A stretch of 64,000 bases of DNA from the human T2T-CHM13v2.0 reference genome, Homo sapiens (GCF_009914755.1 NC_060926.1), one strand, 5' to 3'; shown: positions 38,784 through 53,880, counted from the first letter of the stretch. Notes: generated by a model from the sequence alone, not told the origin. Translations and numbers: made by a program.

Positions 38784-40573
38784 GTGACTATTTTGATAGA
38801 CTGGCCCATAAATGATTTATTTCATTTTGATATGGGACAAAGAGAATGTTATGTACCAAAACTATGGTTTCCTTCAATTATTTTCGCTATAAAAACTCGC
38901 TTAAAATAATTACTTTAAAATAATAATGTACAGTTAGTCCTAAAAATACTCCTACATATGCTAAGGATAAGGTTGTTGGTTTTTTAAATGGTTCAATTTA
39001 TAATGTCAATAAGATGGTTCATTTTTTAAATACAAAATGGCATGGATTCTAATGGTTCATTGTTCTGAAATCTAGAGTTAAACAGTCACTGCATTAGATT
39101 TATAAGATTTGATCTCAGTCTTAACAATTATGAATTTGAAAATTGTAAATGGGTAGATGAAGGAAAATCTTTGTAAGAGTGAAATTATTCTCTCTGAAAA
39201 GAAGCATTGTAGCTGTAGTTCATAACTTTTGGGCTTTTATTTAAAAAGCAAACAACCAGTGACAACTTATTTAGGAATGTAGTTCAGTTGGGTTTTCATT
39301 TCTCTCTCTTCCTTTTACTTTTTTGTTCTAAATTGGTCTGAAGTTTACAGAAATTGGTTTTAAATGCTTTGCACTATGGGCCATGATTTAAAAATAGTCT
39401 TATAAACCCTAGAATAAAGTCTTCTCTTTATATTTGCCCTTTACATTTTGGTGAAGTTATTATATCCTATTTTTCATCAAAAAGTTTATATATGGTAGAA
39501 TCCAGACAGACACCAATTATATGAAGCTGATTGAGAAGAGACAATGAAGACACTAAAGTAAGGAGAAGGAGGTATTTTTGTTTATTAGTCTTGGGTTAAT
39601 ACATTAATTCTCTATGCCTCACTTCCTAGAAAAAACAATTATGGGTGAACACTGATCTATCACTGATAATTGCAATCCTTCTTAGAAAGTTAATTTAAAT
39701 GCCCTTTTACTCATTTTTGACTGCAGCTGTGTAGCTATCTTATTTTCTAGGTAGTACATGAATTCATTATTGTTCTAGATGTAATAACATGCCTGAATTT
39801 AAAAGTTGAATTACTTAACATATGTCTTGAGGTTTTCAAAGAATCTATTAAAACAGTGTTTCTCAAGTTGAATGATTCTTAATCCCCTTTTACATAAAAA
39901 TTGTTTTAGATCCTTAGTATTAACTTACAATTTTTAAATATTGACAAAAATGTTATAAACAACTTGTCCTTATGGTTTTTATAAAATTATGAATTCAATA
40001 AATTATAAATTAAATGAAAGCCAAATTGCAACACCAATACAGGACGGATGATCTTATTTGGTTAAAGCTAAAACCACCTTATCAAATTTCTATTGATTTC
40101 AACATGTATTCTATCTGATGGCACAGATTTCCTAGTTCTTTTCTATATTTCAAACGCTATGAAACTTTCAAATGGCGCATGATAATTTAGCAAGAATGCT
40201 GTATTTCATATGAAATCAATTCCTTTTCTTTTACATTAGTTTTACCCATTGGACATGTACTATCTGGTACTAATGCTTTTGTAGTAACAAAGAAATATTT
40301 ATGTGGTAGTATTTATTCTCAAGGGTTGCACAGGTCATACAGAGTACTTCTCTAAAAATTTTTTAGATTTTCCCAAAATTGGAAAAAAAATTATGGAGTT
40401 TTAAGGATAAGCCTCTATTTCCAGATTTTGTTGAAACCAAGTGTGAGACACAATGTATTGGGATGACTGAGTGATGGTGACACTCAATGTTAAACCGTGG
40501 TGTTTTTGCTTTTGCTGTTTCTAATATTTTCTTAATGTCTTTTTAAATTCTTTACTGCTTTCATGGTGGGTAG

Positions 40574-40584
40574 CGCCAGAGATG
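40574..40584 (+). CDS. GULP1: GULP1 11-nt alternative microexon (frame-switching; gives C-terminus RQRWRGSKWD*)
   Basis: Long pyrimidine tract then tgctttcatggtgggtag|CGCCAGAGATG|gttggt. Joined to 44775 it reads CGC CAG AGA TGG AGG GGT TCA AAA TGG GAC TAA (stop 44794-44796). Agrees with my recollection of a 291-aa GULP1 isoform. Confidence 0.8.
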
Positions 40585-40799
40585 GTTGGTATATTATTTT
40601 TATAATAATTTTAAACAACTTACAAATTTTTAAAGCTGAAACCTTAAAATTTGCATGCCTTATTTAATAAAAATTCAAACAACAGCTTCATATGGGTATA
40701 TCTGATAATTAGTTATGTTTAGAGAGGTTTTATAAACCACATTTTAAGATTATTTTTCAGTGACTTAGTCACTATTGCATTGTTCACTTCATTGTTTCC

Positions 40800-41108
40800 T
40801 TTCTTTTCTTTTTTTTTTTTGAGGCAGAGTCTCACTCTATCGCCCTACCCAAGCTGGAGTGCAGTGGCATGATCTTGGCTCACTGCAACCTCCACCGCCC
40901 GGGCTCAAGCAATCTTCCCTCCTCAGCTTCCTGAGTAGCTGAGACTACAAGTGTGCACTACCACGCGTGGCTAATTTTTGTATTTTTTGTTAAAAACAGG
41001 GTTTCATCATGTTGTCCAGACTGGGCTTGAACTGCTGGGCTCAAGCGATCTACCCACTTAGACCTCCCAAAGTGCTTGGACCACAGGCATGAGCCACCAT
41101 ACTTGGCC
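40800..41108 (-). mobile_element. AluJ, antisense
   Basis: T tail, then gaggcagagtctcactct...gagccaccatacttggcc; flanking attgtttc repeats. Confidence 0.92.
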
Positions 41109-44100
41109 ATGATTGTTTCTTTTAGTCCAATATTTACTTGCAAGGTCACTTTAACAAAAGTAAAATAATATTTTCTTCATCTAAAGTCTATGATGGCTTT
41201 TATTATTAATCGTGCTAGCCTAATGAATCTAATGCAGACATTTAGCTATCTTTGCATATCATATAAAAACTTAATATAGTACAATGGGTTGTGAACACCA
41301 TATTGAGTTAATAAGCCTAGTGAGACATTTAGTTTTCATCTTTCATTTACAGAGTATTGTGACTAAGCTATTTTTAAGAGAATCGAATTATTAAGTTTGA
41401 AATCACAGAAACATCTCATGCATGTAAGCATTTATGCAGAAATGTTAGACCATATTTCAGTATAAGCAGTTAGAAAATTAAACATCTATTTGAAATCAAT
41501 AATGTAGCTATTTGATTTGACATAATTTAAACTGTCCAGTACATGTCACCAACAGGAAAATAAGTGGAATAGTATTGATAGCCCACACTGTAACATGTGA
41601 GCTATAATAATTTAATACATTAAAAAACAAGCATGGCAAGTTCATGAATGATGAAAGAATCATGTATGAGTGGTGTTAAGTCAGCTAGCTAGTACTCTGG
41701 GAGAAGATCAATGTACTGCTGAAACTTACAGCAAATGCCGAGATAAATTTCAGAAGTAATCAACATTTTAAAATATTTAAAATATTATTGAATATTCATC
41801 AGACTTTTGAATTGAAAAGAAAATTTTATAAGGAAAAGAAAAATACGGACATATAGTATCCAATTTTTTAAAATTTACTGTCTAAAAATATATAAATACA
41901 TTACATATACATAATTAAAGCAATTAGACAAATGGCTAGGAAACTAAAGAATCAACAGATAAATAAAAAAGCACTAGTTCACAAAAGAAGACCACAAGTG
42001 GCTTACACATATGTAGACATGTTCTGTCTAATCAAAGTAAACATATAAATCAAATAAAGAACTGTAATGCTATTTTAATCTAGCAGATTATTTTTTAAAC
42101 TAATAATCAATCAATACAACTGAAAGTGTGATAAAACAAGCACTGTAAATTGTTGGCAGTCCAGAGTTAGTTCAGAGGTAACTATGGCCTAGCAGTCTCT
42201 TTAAAGGGTAGCTTGTTATTAATACTTTTATTTCTGTTTGATATCAAAACTTTAAAGCAATCTATTCTGATGAAAAAATAAGTATGAATGTGTTCAATCT
42301 CTGCGAATAAAAATACCTAGTCAACATTATTCATAATTTTAAAATGCTGAACGATTTTTTTTCAAATCAACGTAAAATGCATTTTTACGATGGAAACAAT
42401 CATAAAAATTAATAGCATTTTATATAGTCATAATAAATTAGTTTTGTGGGAATTTAAAATAATCAGGGTCTGCAAAGATGAAAAGAGGAAGATAGAAAAC
42501 TATATGTAATATATTACTTACATAAGAAAATTATATGGCATAAATATATATTCATATTATCATTAAAATCATTTTTAAAAATGTATAGATAGAAAAAAAG
42601 ACATACCTCAAAATGTAGTGATTTTTCTTTCCTTGATATGCTTTTCTATTTCAAAATAAGAAAATTCATCAAAATCTTTCGTATAAAAAGCATATGGTGA
42701 ATAATACTTTAATTATTTAATCATTCTTTTGTGTGACGTTAGCTTATGATAATTCCCATCACTACATAAGTAAATAAAGTCTCATTTTTATTAAGAAGTT
42801 TGAAGCTCAACAGGTGTGGGAAATTTTATCTGAGGAAGAAAGAAAATCAAGAAACCTTATAATATGTAAGGATCCTTAAAAAGTCAATATGGAGATAGAT
42901 ATTATTGTAAGTCATATACTAACACTTTATTATTAAAATAGTGATTGACCTCTGTTTTACTTTGGCTGCTATTCTGCTTTTCCAATATTGATAACACATT
43001 GACAAATAGTATTTTCAGGGTAATTGAAGTGATACTGGTTTACTAGCAGAATGAACTGATAAAATTTAAAAGTACCATATGGTATCAAACATTTCCACAT
43101 GTAACTCTCTTTCTATCTGTCATTATCTATCAATGTATCATCTATTTACCATTTGTAATATACCAGAAGATGACATAATATACAGATCTTCAGATATCCA
43201 AATAAAATAATTTTAAAGAAAAGTTTACTTACAGTATTTTAGTTTAAAGTATTTATTTTTCTAAGTATTTGCTGGCTGTTTGAAAAATATAAATAAATAT
43301 GGCAAAATGTATTTTGTGATAAGAATAGATTTTTAAAAAATAATGATAAGTAGTCTCATATTTACTCAACTAAATAAAGATTGTATTCCAAGTACTGGAA
43401 AGACATTTTGAAAAACTTTCACAATGATTACATCACTGTAATTGCTATATAGTAGTAGTCTCTGTGCTGTAAACATAAAGAATATTCTTTGAACATTAAT
43501 AACAAATAAAGTATGGCTTACAGCTTTGTAACTACCTTCCTCCTCTATATGATGATGTTTACATTGGATTTATAGAAAGATAAGAACATTTACATAATTA
43601 TTCTAAATAAAAGTAATTTGGAGAGATGCAAAAAGATACCCAATTAGCTAACATACAAGTAGATATAGTCAGTCCAATTAAATAAAACACCCAAAGCAGA
43701 GGTGAAAACCAATGGTTACCTTTAGGAGACATTTTGTTTTCTTTAGGAATACACTGCTATCTGCATATTATTTGCCAATAATGTGTTGCATGGCCACTCC
43801 AAATTACAAATTACCTTTCTGAAACATTTCAGTTCTGTTAGTAAGAAAAAAAAGGTAGAGTATGTAGAGAGCACTACCACATTTGCTTCTACAAGGAGAC
43901 CTACAATGTAACCTCCACTTTCATTGATCAGTGCAAGTCTGTGCTTTTCATCTTTTTGTAGGCCAATGTGTATAGATTTACAGGAAAGGGTAGGAATGGG
44001 GAGAGGTGGCAAGACTGGAGATGGCCCACAGTTCAATTATCTTATGCAATAAAAAAAAAAGAGATTGGAGTGAAGGAGGACAGACTCCTATGCCATTATT

Positions 44101-44774
44101 TTAATTCAAAATCTTGGTGGAAAAACACTTTCATAGCAATTGTGTTCTTATACTCAATAAATCATAGACAACTTAACTTCTAAAATATGCAAGGAAGAGT
44201 AGGAGTCAAAGAAGCCAGTCCGCTACAAGCAACAGCAAGGCTAGTAGGGGAAGTTTTCTCCATGGCAAAGTAATCTGCAGTTGTGTGTTCCACAGAGGAT
44301 ACGGCATTGCATTTAAAAGAAGTATTTTACCCGGGCTCTGGTCAGTGCTAACCAGGAATAAGGTGAAAATCATCAGGCTATCTTGAACCTCTCATCAATT
44401 TGAAGCCTAACTATCTTAATAATATTTAAATTAATAATAATTTTTAAAGCTAACAGATTTCATTTACAATAGAATGATGTAGTAACTAGCCTTTTCTGAA
44501 AAAGAAACCTTTATCTTAATTTTATGTTTTCTCTTCTGTCTCTCATGCATGCTAACCTCACATAGATTTAAAACATTAAAGTGTTAATGGGTCTGAAAGA
44601 ACTACCAGTGCTATACACCTATATAAAAATTCAGCAAGTCAACATTTGACATATAGTTATTTATTAGTTGATCAAAGCATGAATATTTCAACTTTAGTGC
44701 ATAGTCTTTTTTATTCACTGATTTTATTTTGCTGTAAGCATTTCAGATATTAATTATTTTATTCTGTTTTACAG

Positions 44775-44846
44775 GAGGGGTTCAAAATGGGACTAACTCT
44801 TGAAGGCACAGTATTTTGTCTCGACCCGTTAGACAGTAGGTGCTGA
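44775..44846 (+). CDS. GULP1: GULP1 last coding exon, CDS part (~E282-C304, stop TGA)
   Basis: ctgttttacag|GAG acceptor. Translates [23 protein letters not shown], matching the recalled GULP1 C-terminus. Confidence 0.96.
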   Translation, partial: EGFKMGLTLEGTVFCLDPLDSRC

Positions 44847-46775
44847 CATCAAGAACAAGAAATCCTGATTCATGTTAAATGTGTTTGTATACACATGTCA
44901 TTTATTATTATTACTTTAAGATAGGTATTATTCATGTGTCAATGTTTTTGAATATTTTAATATTTTGAAAATTTTCTCAGTTAAATTTCCTCACCTTCAC
45001 TATTGATCTGTAATTTTTATTTTAAAAACAGCTTACTGTAAAGTAGATCATACTTTTATGTTCCTTTCTGTTTCTACTGTAGATGAATTTGTAATTGAAA
45101 GACATATTATACAAATACCTGCCTTGTGTCTGAGTTCTATTTAGTTAGCATCTTGAAATTTGTATTCATTTTCCAGATGGCTAGTTTATTAATGATTTCC
45201 CAAAAGCCATACCTTAAAGATAACTTTTTAAATTCTGAAGAGACATGCCAATGTCAAACTAAACATGTTCTGTTTTTAAACCAACAAACATGTTACTATT
45301 CATTGGACAGATATCATTTTATGTATAAATACTGTTCACATCACTGGGAAAATGTAAACTTTAAACATAATGCCACAAGGTCACTAATTTCTAGCAGGTA
45401 AAATTATAAGGATATAAATTCCAATAATAAACCAAATGTATTTAGAGTATTTATTAGTAAATGCAAGGTGATGTTAGTTATGATCAGTTATACTCTAAAT
45501 ATTTAATTTGTTTTATAAAGGTAGTGAAAAAATGAAAATTTGCTATTTATTAAAAAACATTAAATTTCATTCCAAATGAGATAAGTGATATTACTATAAC
45601 ATCTAAGCATCATCTGATTTGATATTCCCTAAAAAACATTTGGAATATATGCTATCTATAGATTCAGTATCTACTACCCATATTTACTTTACCAAATATA
45701 TTTCTCCTCACTGCATAAGGACTACTCTTCTCATATTTTCTTCTTTGATGAAGATATTTTTCACCAAAGTTTATTTTGTGATGCCCTCTTGGTTTTGATA
45801 CTTTAAAATCTGTGGCACCCGTTCTACATGAATTATCAATATTTGGTAAATTCAATCTGTATTTGTTTTGTTAAAGTCAAAAATCTCATTTTCCAAAAAA
45901 AAAAAAAAACCCAGTTACTGCTCAGTTTAGTCTTGAACATGAGCAATAAAATTCTCTTGCATTTCATTATTGATGTGCTGATGAACCTGGACTTTTAAAA
46001 ATATTTGTTTCCTATACCTTTACCCTTTACCTAACAGACTAATTTGTACTCAGTAAAACAAAAATTTATGGTCAAAATTTCTAACTTGGTTCATCACATT
46101 ATAAGATAAATAAATTAAATTAATGAAAATGTGACTTAGAGTAGGGGTAGCCCTCAAAAATAGATTTATCATTTACTCATTGGAATTTTCTTCAAGTGTT
46201 AAAGGTACATTTTCACTAGGAAAAGAAATCAAATATGCTTATGCAATATATATTTGTGTGTTTTTCCTTAATGTTATATGGTATATATGAGCCTTCTTGT
46301 TTAGTTTCTTTTATCTGCTAAGTTGTACCTTAATTAGAGGGCAATATATGTTTCATAAAGAAGAGTCTTTATAATTTTGTTTGTCAGATAGTATTTTGGA
46401 ATTTGTATAATAAGGATGTTTAGAAGCCATATAAGTGGCTTTTTTTAACAGATAGAATTTGTATTTTTATTGTACTTTAAAAAGATTTATGTAATAGGTA
46501 TATATTTAGTGGCCATTTATTATCAATGGTAACACAATGGAGTACTAAGATGGTATTTGCACATTTAAGATATGTTACTTTACCAATTTTTAATGGTAAT
46601 CAACTCTGCTACTGGCATGATGAAATAGTACATAACTGGTCATTAATTATGAACATTTACTTCTCCAGTGCGTTTTTATGAAGATCTGGTTGAAAATTGT
46701 ATTTCTATGTAAACTCAACGATATGTTTGGTTTTCCTGAAAATAAATGATTTTAAATAAATTAAATTGCATAATT
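44847..46775 (+). other. GULP1: GULP1 3'UTR (end approximate)
   Basis: AU-rich sequence after the stop with no recognisable interspersed repeat; AATAAA at 45426, 45945, 46741 and 46755, among others. The end is inferred from the distal pair. Confidence 0.7.
46741..46760 (+). terminator. Tandem polyadenylation signals (AATAAA x2), probable distal GULP1 poly(A) site
   Basis: AATAAA at 46741-46746 and 46755-46760, with U-rich sequence upstream. Confidence 0.6.
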
Positions 46776-49700
46776 CATTTGTTAAATAATCTCTAATTAA
46801 TATAGACACATTCTGAAGCTAATTATGTAACAGATTTTCTTGATCATAAATGGAGATAAAAGAAAGGGAGGAAGAGGGAAAGGCAAAGAAGAAATAAAGG
46901 GCTTTACCTTTAACTTCATTTCTTGCAGCCCACACACATTTTAGCTTTATGAGCAAATATCATTCAGTTGTGAAAACAGTGGACTGATCCTGCTGGTGAG
47001 AGAGGTCATGATTTGCTTCCTTTTACCAGAAGCATCTGGTGCAAAAACTGTATTATGTAAATATCAATTTCATAACTGGAGGCTTTTTTTAACTTAGCAG
47101 TAATGAAAAGGGTGTCTTGGCTGATAGTTTTATAAAGGTGGAACTTGATAATAGGATGTGGATTATGACTAAGAGTGCAATCATGAAGAAGTTTTGAATC
47201 AATTTAAAACATGATGTTAAGTATTTTATGGACACGGGACTCACATGCACAGCCTTTGAACACCAAGGAACAATTCATCAATTCATTCAATAAAATTCAT
47301 TTATTACTCACTTTATATGAATAACATGTACTTTATGGGGTAAGAAAACATCTAGCAAGTTTGCTAACAGATGTGTTAGCAGGTGGCATTAAATTGACAG
47401 GATCTCTGATTTCAGTCAGTTTATTGTCATAAAGTAAAAGTATGGGAAGCATATCAGTGAATAAATAAAAGCGAATATGTATCACAACACTGTGTGAACC
47501 AAAAACTTCCTCAGGAACACTTGTATTTAAGTATGTTTAAGTCTGGGTACCTCGTACTAGCTGATGTCAGGTATCAGTCATCCAGTGTGAAGTTTATCAG
47601 AGCAGGCCAATGGCAAAAATTTTCTTCGTCTCTTTTTGTTCTTTTATTTTGGATTTGGATTTTTCTAAAAAAATTTAATAATATTATGGGAATGTATTTT
47701 CAGTAGGATTTCTGATAGATAATATGTTGCATTTCTAAATACTGATTTTTTTATTCGTTTTTATGTTACTTAGCATAACCCTGAAAAAACTGGCTGTTAA
47801 TGTTTTTCTATTCCAGTGTTTCCACATATACTTCCAGATTCAATATTTACTCATGATTTTGGGCTTCATCCTCTGTTAAATTACTTGAAGAATCTTGGAG
47901 TCAATTTTGACAACTGAATTTCAGACTCCACCTAAACTACACCCTGTATAGGGAACTTACAAATGTGATGGTCACAGTTGGAATTGCCCTTGGACCCCTG
48001 TGTCTCATGCAGAAAATGTCTTCTTCCTATATAACTTCAGACAAATATTTAAAATCTCACCCTTCTAAGTGCATCTCACAAATTTGACACAAACCTTAAT
48101 TCTTGTACATTTATTTCATGTTTTGATCTTTTGTTGTTAAGGTCTGTGATAATCCACTAATGAAACTCCCTCCCTAAAAGCATAATTTCTCTAGAATTCT
48201 AAGTGGGATTTTCTTAATCTAGCAAGAACGCCACCTCCTAAAATCATTTATGGTCTATTTTCTTGCTTTCGAAATACAGTTTAAGAAATATGAACATTAC
48301 ATAAGTAGCAGACAGCATTGTCTTTCTCTGGATTCATTTTTTTCTGCTCTACTTCTTAGCTTCTAATCAATACTATGCCAATTCCAATGGCATACTTAAG
48401 AAGTAGTTGAGTTGAAAGGCTCATTTCTCATTTTTCTGACATTACATGATAAATTGAAATAACCAAATTTCTTATTTCTATATCATTAACATTGTGTTTT
48501 TTGTCAGTTAATAGTACCACGAAGACTATGTAACACAAATTTTGTAAAAATTTATTTCCTTTACCTTAGCTACATTTTTGGCATTCATTCAGATCTACAT
48601 GCCAAATTCATTGAACCAAATCTTCTAGTTTCCAAGCAATTCTATAGACACCTTGGAATATTCATTAAGACTTTTAAAGGTTTGTATTTTCATTAAAGAA
48701 GGCCTGATTAGAAGCTATAGAAGTTGTCTTCTGAAAAGTATTTTCCAGTACCCACTGGAATAACAAAGTTCTCTGTGAAAGAGCACTCTGAAATCTCATA
48801 GTATTTTCTCAGTACCTTGGACATAATCAACTTATGATAGTTAATATATTTTCTAAAAATCAATAACACATTGTCTAAGAAACAGCTTTCTTTTTGTATT
48901 TTTAATAAAGCATTTTTAAAAAAGCTTTGCTCTCCATTTTTCAAACATTTTGAAGGAAGGATTGCCTTGACATCCTTCCTCTTTGTTACCAAGCACAACA
49001 CTTTGTCCATAAGCATTCATTAAAAGATTGCATATTTATTTAGATGCTTCTTGCCAATGATGTGAACTTAAATTTTGTATGTTCTCTTAGAAAAGAACAA
49101 CATGCCTTCAAATAAATGTTGGGAGAAGATAACCACTATCTCATTTTCAATAAAATATTTACTATTATTTTAACTTCTATTGTAGCAATAATTTGCTAAA
49201 TAAATCTCTTAGTAATTATTGAAGTTTGTCTAACAATCACCATAGAATCATAGACTAAGGAAGTCTGGCCCAATTGATAGAGGAAAAACAAAATAATGGT
49301 TACTTAGTGTCAAAGAGGCTATGAAGATTCAAACATGAATGTTATGTAATTAAGGGACAGGGCCTGTGCTCACGGGGTTGGAGAAGTATTTAAGCGTGTA
49401 TATTAAAGAATGACAGCTAAAAACACAAACTGTAACTTTTCTTGAATCCCATATTGTGGTCACACAGTTTTTACTGGTTTGATGTATTTTTAAGTTCATA
49501 TTTCTGTCCTTTTTATTGTCCTCTTATTTCAAATGAGCTTTCAGAAGAACATGTTGGGGTCCTTCCCAACTGCCTACTCCCTCCCCTCTGTCTGGCCAGG
49601 CTGTTATGTTCTAGTCAGTTCCAAAGGTCACTTGTTCCAGTTGAAATAGCTGTCTGGATGGCTTGGAACTAGTCCAGACACTGGTTCTTTCCTGCAAAGA

Positions 49701-52700
49701 AAGCAAAGATAGATGTTTGTTTCTTGGCTACATTTTGAAAGGAAAAAATAAAATAATTTTATGGCTGGACCATGCTTGAAAAAGATCATATAATTCTAGA
49801 ACCCATTTAAAATTGTTATTATTTTCCAATATTTTGTGTCTATTTTTATTTTTTATATACTTTTCAAAATCAGTTGTTTAGTATCAGTATCATTAGATAA
49901 ATAGGCAATTGTGTGTCAGAAGTATATACAGATAGATTTTGTTACATTTTAATTAAATACTAATTTCTCTCTCACACACGCACTCCATTTAACTATTCAG
50001 TTCTTTATTTATCTTATTCTTAGTAGCTGCTTTAACTAAAGAAAAATAAACTTGAGTCAGGCTAGACAGTACAGGGAATGGAGGAGACAGGTAGTGAGGG
50101 GATACTCATAAATCTTCATAGATATCAACTTACCCACACTTGGCAAAGTGGCTGTGTGCACATATTTGACCTCTTCACTTTTCAGACAAGTTGAACCATT
50201 TTCGGGCCAGGGAGTACAAAGAATGATGCAGTTATCTGAAAAGTTGTTTCTACAGTGATTTCTCTTTAATCTCCCCTACTTCCCTCATAATGCCTGCAGT
50301 TTTTGTGTTTTCTACATAAAAGGAATTAAACAGAAAAATTGCTAAAAATAAGCTGGTTACTGTTTCATGACTTCCAGCCACCAATGGCAATTAGAAAAAC
50401 AAATATTCCTTCCTTGGAATCACTTGAGTTCGTAAATTTGTAAACCATACAGCTCTTGAATTTTTAAGTAACTTTTAAAAAGATTCCTTACAATGAACAA
50501 AGCCTGATCTGTAGGGAACTAACTAAAATCGTTAACACTCTATGCTTTGATGTTACAGCTTTGCTTACAGCATTAATTCAGCATTCTTTGACTTTGGGAA
50601 ATTCATGTAATGGGGTTTTATGTCTGACATTCACAGGCATTAGCCATTCTTGGCATAAGGAAAGGAAGAAATTCCCCCAAATAAACCTAAGATTTAAAAA
50701 ACAATTATCAGAAGAATATGTATTTTACATTCTTTAACTTGCCTACTAGTTATAAATAAATATTAATCAATGACTTCTAAGTAAATAGTGTACCTGGCTC
50801 AGAATTAGAGATAATAGTAGTCTTGAAAAAAAGTACAGGAGCGATGACAAAACTGTTCTAGCCTTTGAATCTCCTTATTGTAGAAATATTTTATGTAAAA
50901 TATTTCCCTTCATAACAATCAAAGTTGAATGCAGGGCAAAAATATCATTCTCTCCTTTCTCAACCTTTCCTACTCCTAGGTACACATTTAAAGACAGACC
51001 TCAGCATATATTTACAGTGGAAAAATGGAGCCTGTGTTTCTCTACAAAAGTATTAATGGCCTGCCACATTTTCAGGATGACTTCAAGATGAATAAGGTAC
51101 GTCTCAAAAGAATTCCAAGGGTCCCCCTTTCCAAGTGAATATTAAACCTTGAAAATGCTGGAAAAAAAATTCTGAAACATACAAGATAATACTACATCGA
51201 AACACCAAAACACAGGTATTCTTACATGTACTCACATGGATAGAAATATTTAGATTCACAGAGAATTTGTCCTATACCTGGGTTTTTCAGGAACCTGCCT
51301 GTATGTGCTTAGGTTTTGTAATGTGTGTGAATATGAATATTAGAATACTTTCTTGAAATAGATTCAAATAAAACTTGCCTTTGACATGTTGAGTAATACT
51401 CTTTGAATGGCCTTTTTGGTAAAGTTTTTCTTGTTTGTTGTACCTGTAAAGGAAGGGAAATGCAGAGAATATAAAAATCCTCAGCATGCCGTTAAATCTT
51501 CCAAAGGCAGCAATTGCCCTGTGGGTTTCTCATCATTTTGCATCCCTTAATCCTTAATCATAGAGCTGGAGCTGGAGAAAACAGCTGGCCCTGAAAACCA
51601 CAAATGGGCTCAAGTATTTATTATGTTATGCAAATTGATCAAAACTCTACAACTCTTTAGAAAATAATTTACAAAAAGAAAGAAACCTAAAACAGTACTT
51701 TCTTCTTAACAAACAGTTCAACTTTGTTTTGTTAAAGAAGCAATAAAGAATATTGATCTGATCAAATAAGATTTATTAAATAGTTTCTAGACAGAAAATA
51801 AAGTCAATGAGACCATGGAAAGCACATGAGTCATATGACCTAGTTGAGTTTATTTAGAACACACACACACTCACAAAAATTTGGGATTCCATCAAAACCA
51901 GATTGTTTCCCGCACTGTTCCCCGACTAAAAATTCGAAAGTCAAAGGAAAATTGGACAAAAATGTTCAAAAACGCTATGCACGAAAATTTCTAATAACAA
52001 ACAAAACAAATGGGATAAAGAAAAAACTGTGTTATACCATTTTGATTTTTATTTGTCTGTTCAATAGTATTTTTATTTCATATAAATAACTTGCATCAAA
52101 TACCAGTGATCTTTTCCTTTAAGAATTAGCAGGAAAATTATAATAATGAATTCATTTTGAGTAGTAAAATGAAACAATGTAACTAGGATTTAAAGAACGA
52201 GAGAGTTATTTTGGAATGTGCTTGCTCTTAAGAAAGGCCAACCAAGATTAAAATAAATGCATTAATTCATCATTGTTCTTCATGAGAATGAGCAATTTAA
52301 AGCAGAGAGAAACTTCAGCTCTGTTTCAAAAGGTCAGCTGTGATGGTATTCAAGGGGGAAACTGAAGTCACATTTTTAATACTTAAGACAGACGCTTAAT
52401 GTTAAAAGACTTCTCTGATGAGATCCTTTTGTGCCAACTGCAGTCTATGCTCCTCAGTGGGTATACAGTGGAAGAAAAAAACAAGTAATTGTCCTTTACT
52501 AATCCTTTTAAGTGCTTCAACTGCACATACTCTGACGGGGCAATTGAAATGTCTGCACCCTGCTTACTTCTCCACTAGGACTATCCTCCCTTTCCAGTAA
52601 GAAGTCTCTCTCTCTCCATAAGTATATGTACAGAACTGAAGTTTTTAGAAATGTGATTTTGAATTTGCTCAAAGCCAAATATTAAAACAGCTTGGAGTAT

Positions 52701-53826
52701 CCATTCTGAAAACAATTTAGACACATATTCTTTAAAAATTTCAATTCCTAAAGGAAAAATCATCAAAGGAAAATTGTATAAATAATGAATATATATTGGC
52801 AAGAATAGTGTTTATCCATGACTGCCAAAATTTAAGATTACTGATAGAGATTGTGGTATGTCTATGTGGCTAGAAAGATTATTGTCAGATGAACAATCTT
52901 TTCCATCCAGCACTCATCATAGAATATTCTTTGGTATATGTGAAACCACAAGTACATCAGTGGGAACTTAGTGCAGTAAGCTGGAAATACTGGAGTCAAA
53001 CCACTAATCATGGCAGTCAGACTTCCCAGAATAAATTCATTGCAATAGAAGTTATGCCAACTACTTGAGTTAAAAATGTGGCTTTAAAAGTTACAGATCA
53101 GCATAATATAGAAGGGTTATTAGCAAACTACAGTAATGTGGTTTTAAAGTAGACAGTTTAAACAGCATTTCATAATTACATTTTTCTTAGATACAGGGTC
53201 TCAAATGAAAGACAGTTGGAAGCACCATCAGTTATATATTTAATCAAGCTGGGGTTTGCAGATGAATGTATCTATGCTGCCTAAGTGAATTTTGCTCATA
53301 AAATATGAAAACCTTTCATTGTGTAGAATATATGTCAGCATACATAGTTCACAAAACAGAAACATTTTTCTCATTGTAAACTACATAATTGTCCAGGCAT
53401 TTTCATAAGTTAGTCTTAACTTTTTTGATACTTCATAATTGTGAATTAATATGACCTAGAGCTAAGGCAATTAGGAATATACAAAAGTGTGATTTTTTTA
53501 AGGTTTCTATTTAATATTTATAGCAATACTATAGACAAATTCAGGATGAAAGTCAGATAGGGTAACTATCTTTTAAACGTTTGTATGAACTTCAAATTTC
53601 AGACACAAACAAAAACTAAAGTAAGGTACATTTTAGGTTGACATACAATCTCTGGTTGAGAATTACTATTATTTTAATGCTACTTCTTAACCATACTAAT
53701 TGTTATAAATCCAGTACCAGTGTGTTTAACAAAGTATTTTCCTGAAGAGCAAGAAGTATGTATATTTTCACTAATTTGTAATGAGGTCTTTACATGTAAC
53801 TTTTTTTAGTTTCCATGTACTTTTTC

Positions 53827-53832
<6 letters not shown>

Positions 53833-53874
<42 letters not shown>
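53833..53874. repeat. (TG)21 microsatellite
   Basis: Perfect TG run of 42 nt. Confidence 0.97.
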
Positions 53875-53880
<6 letters not shown>

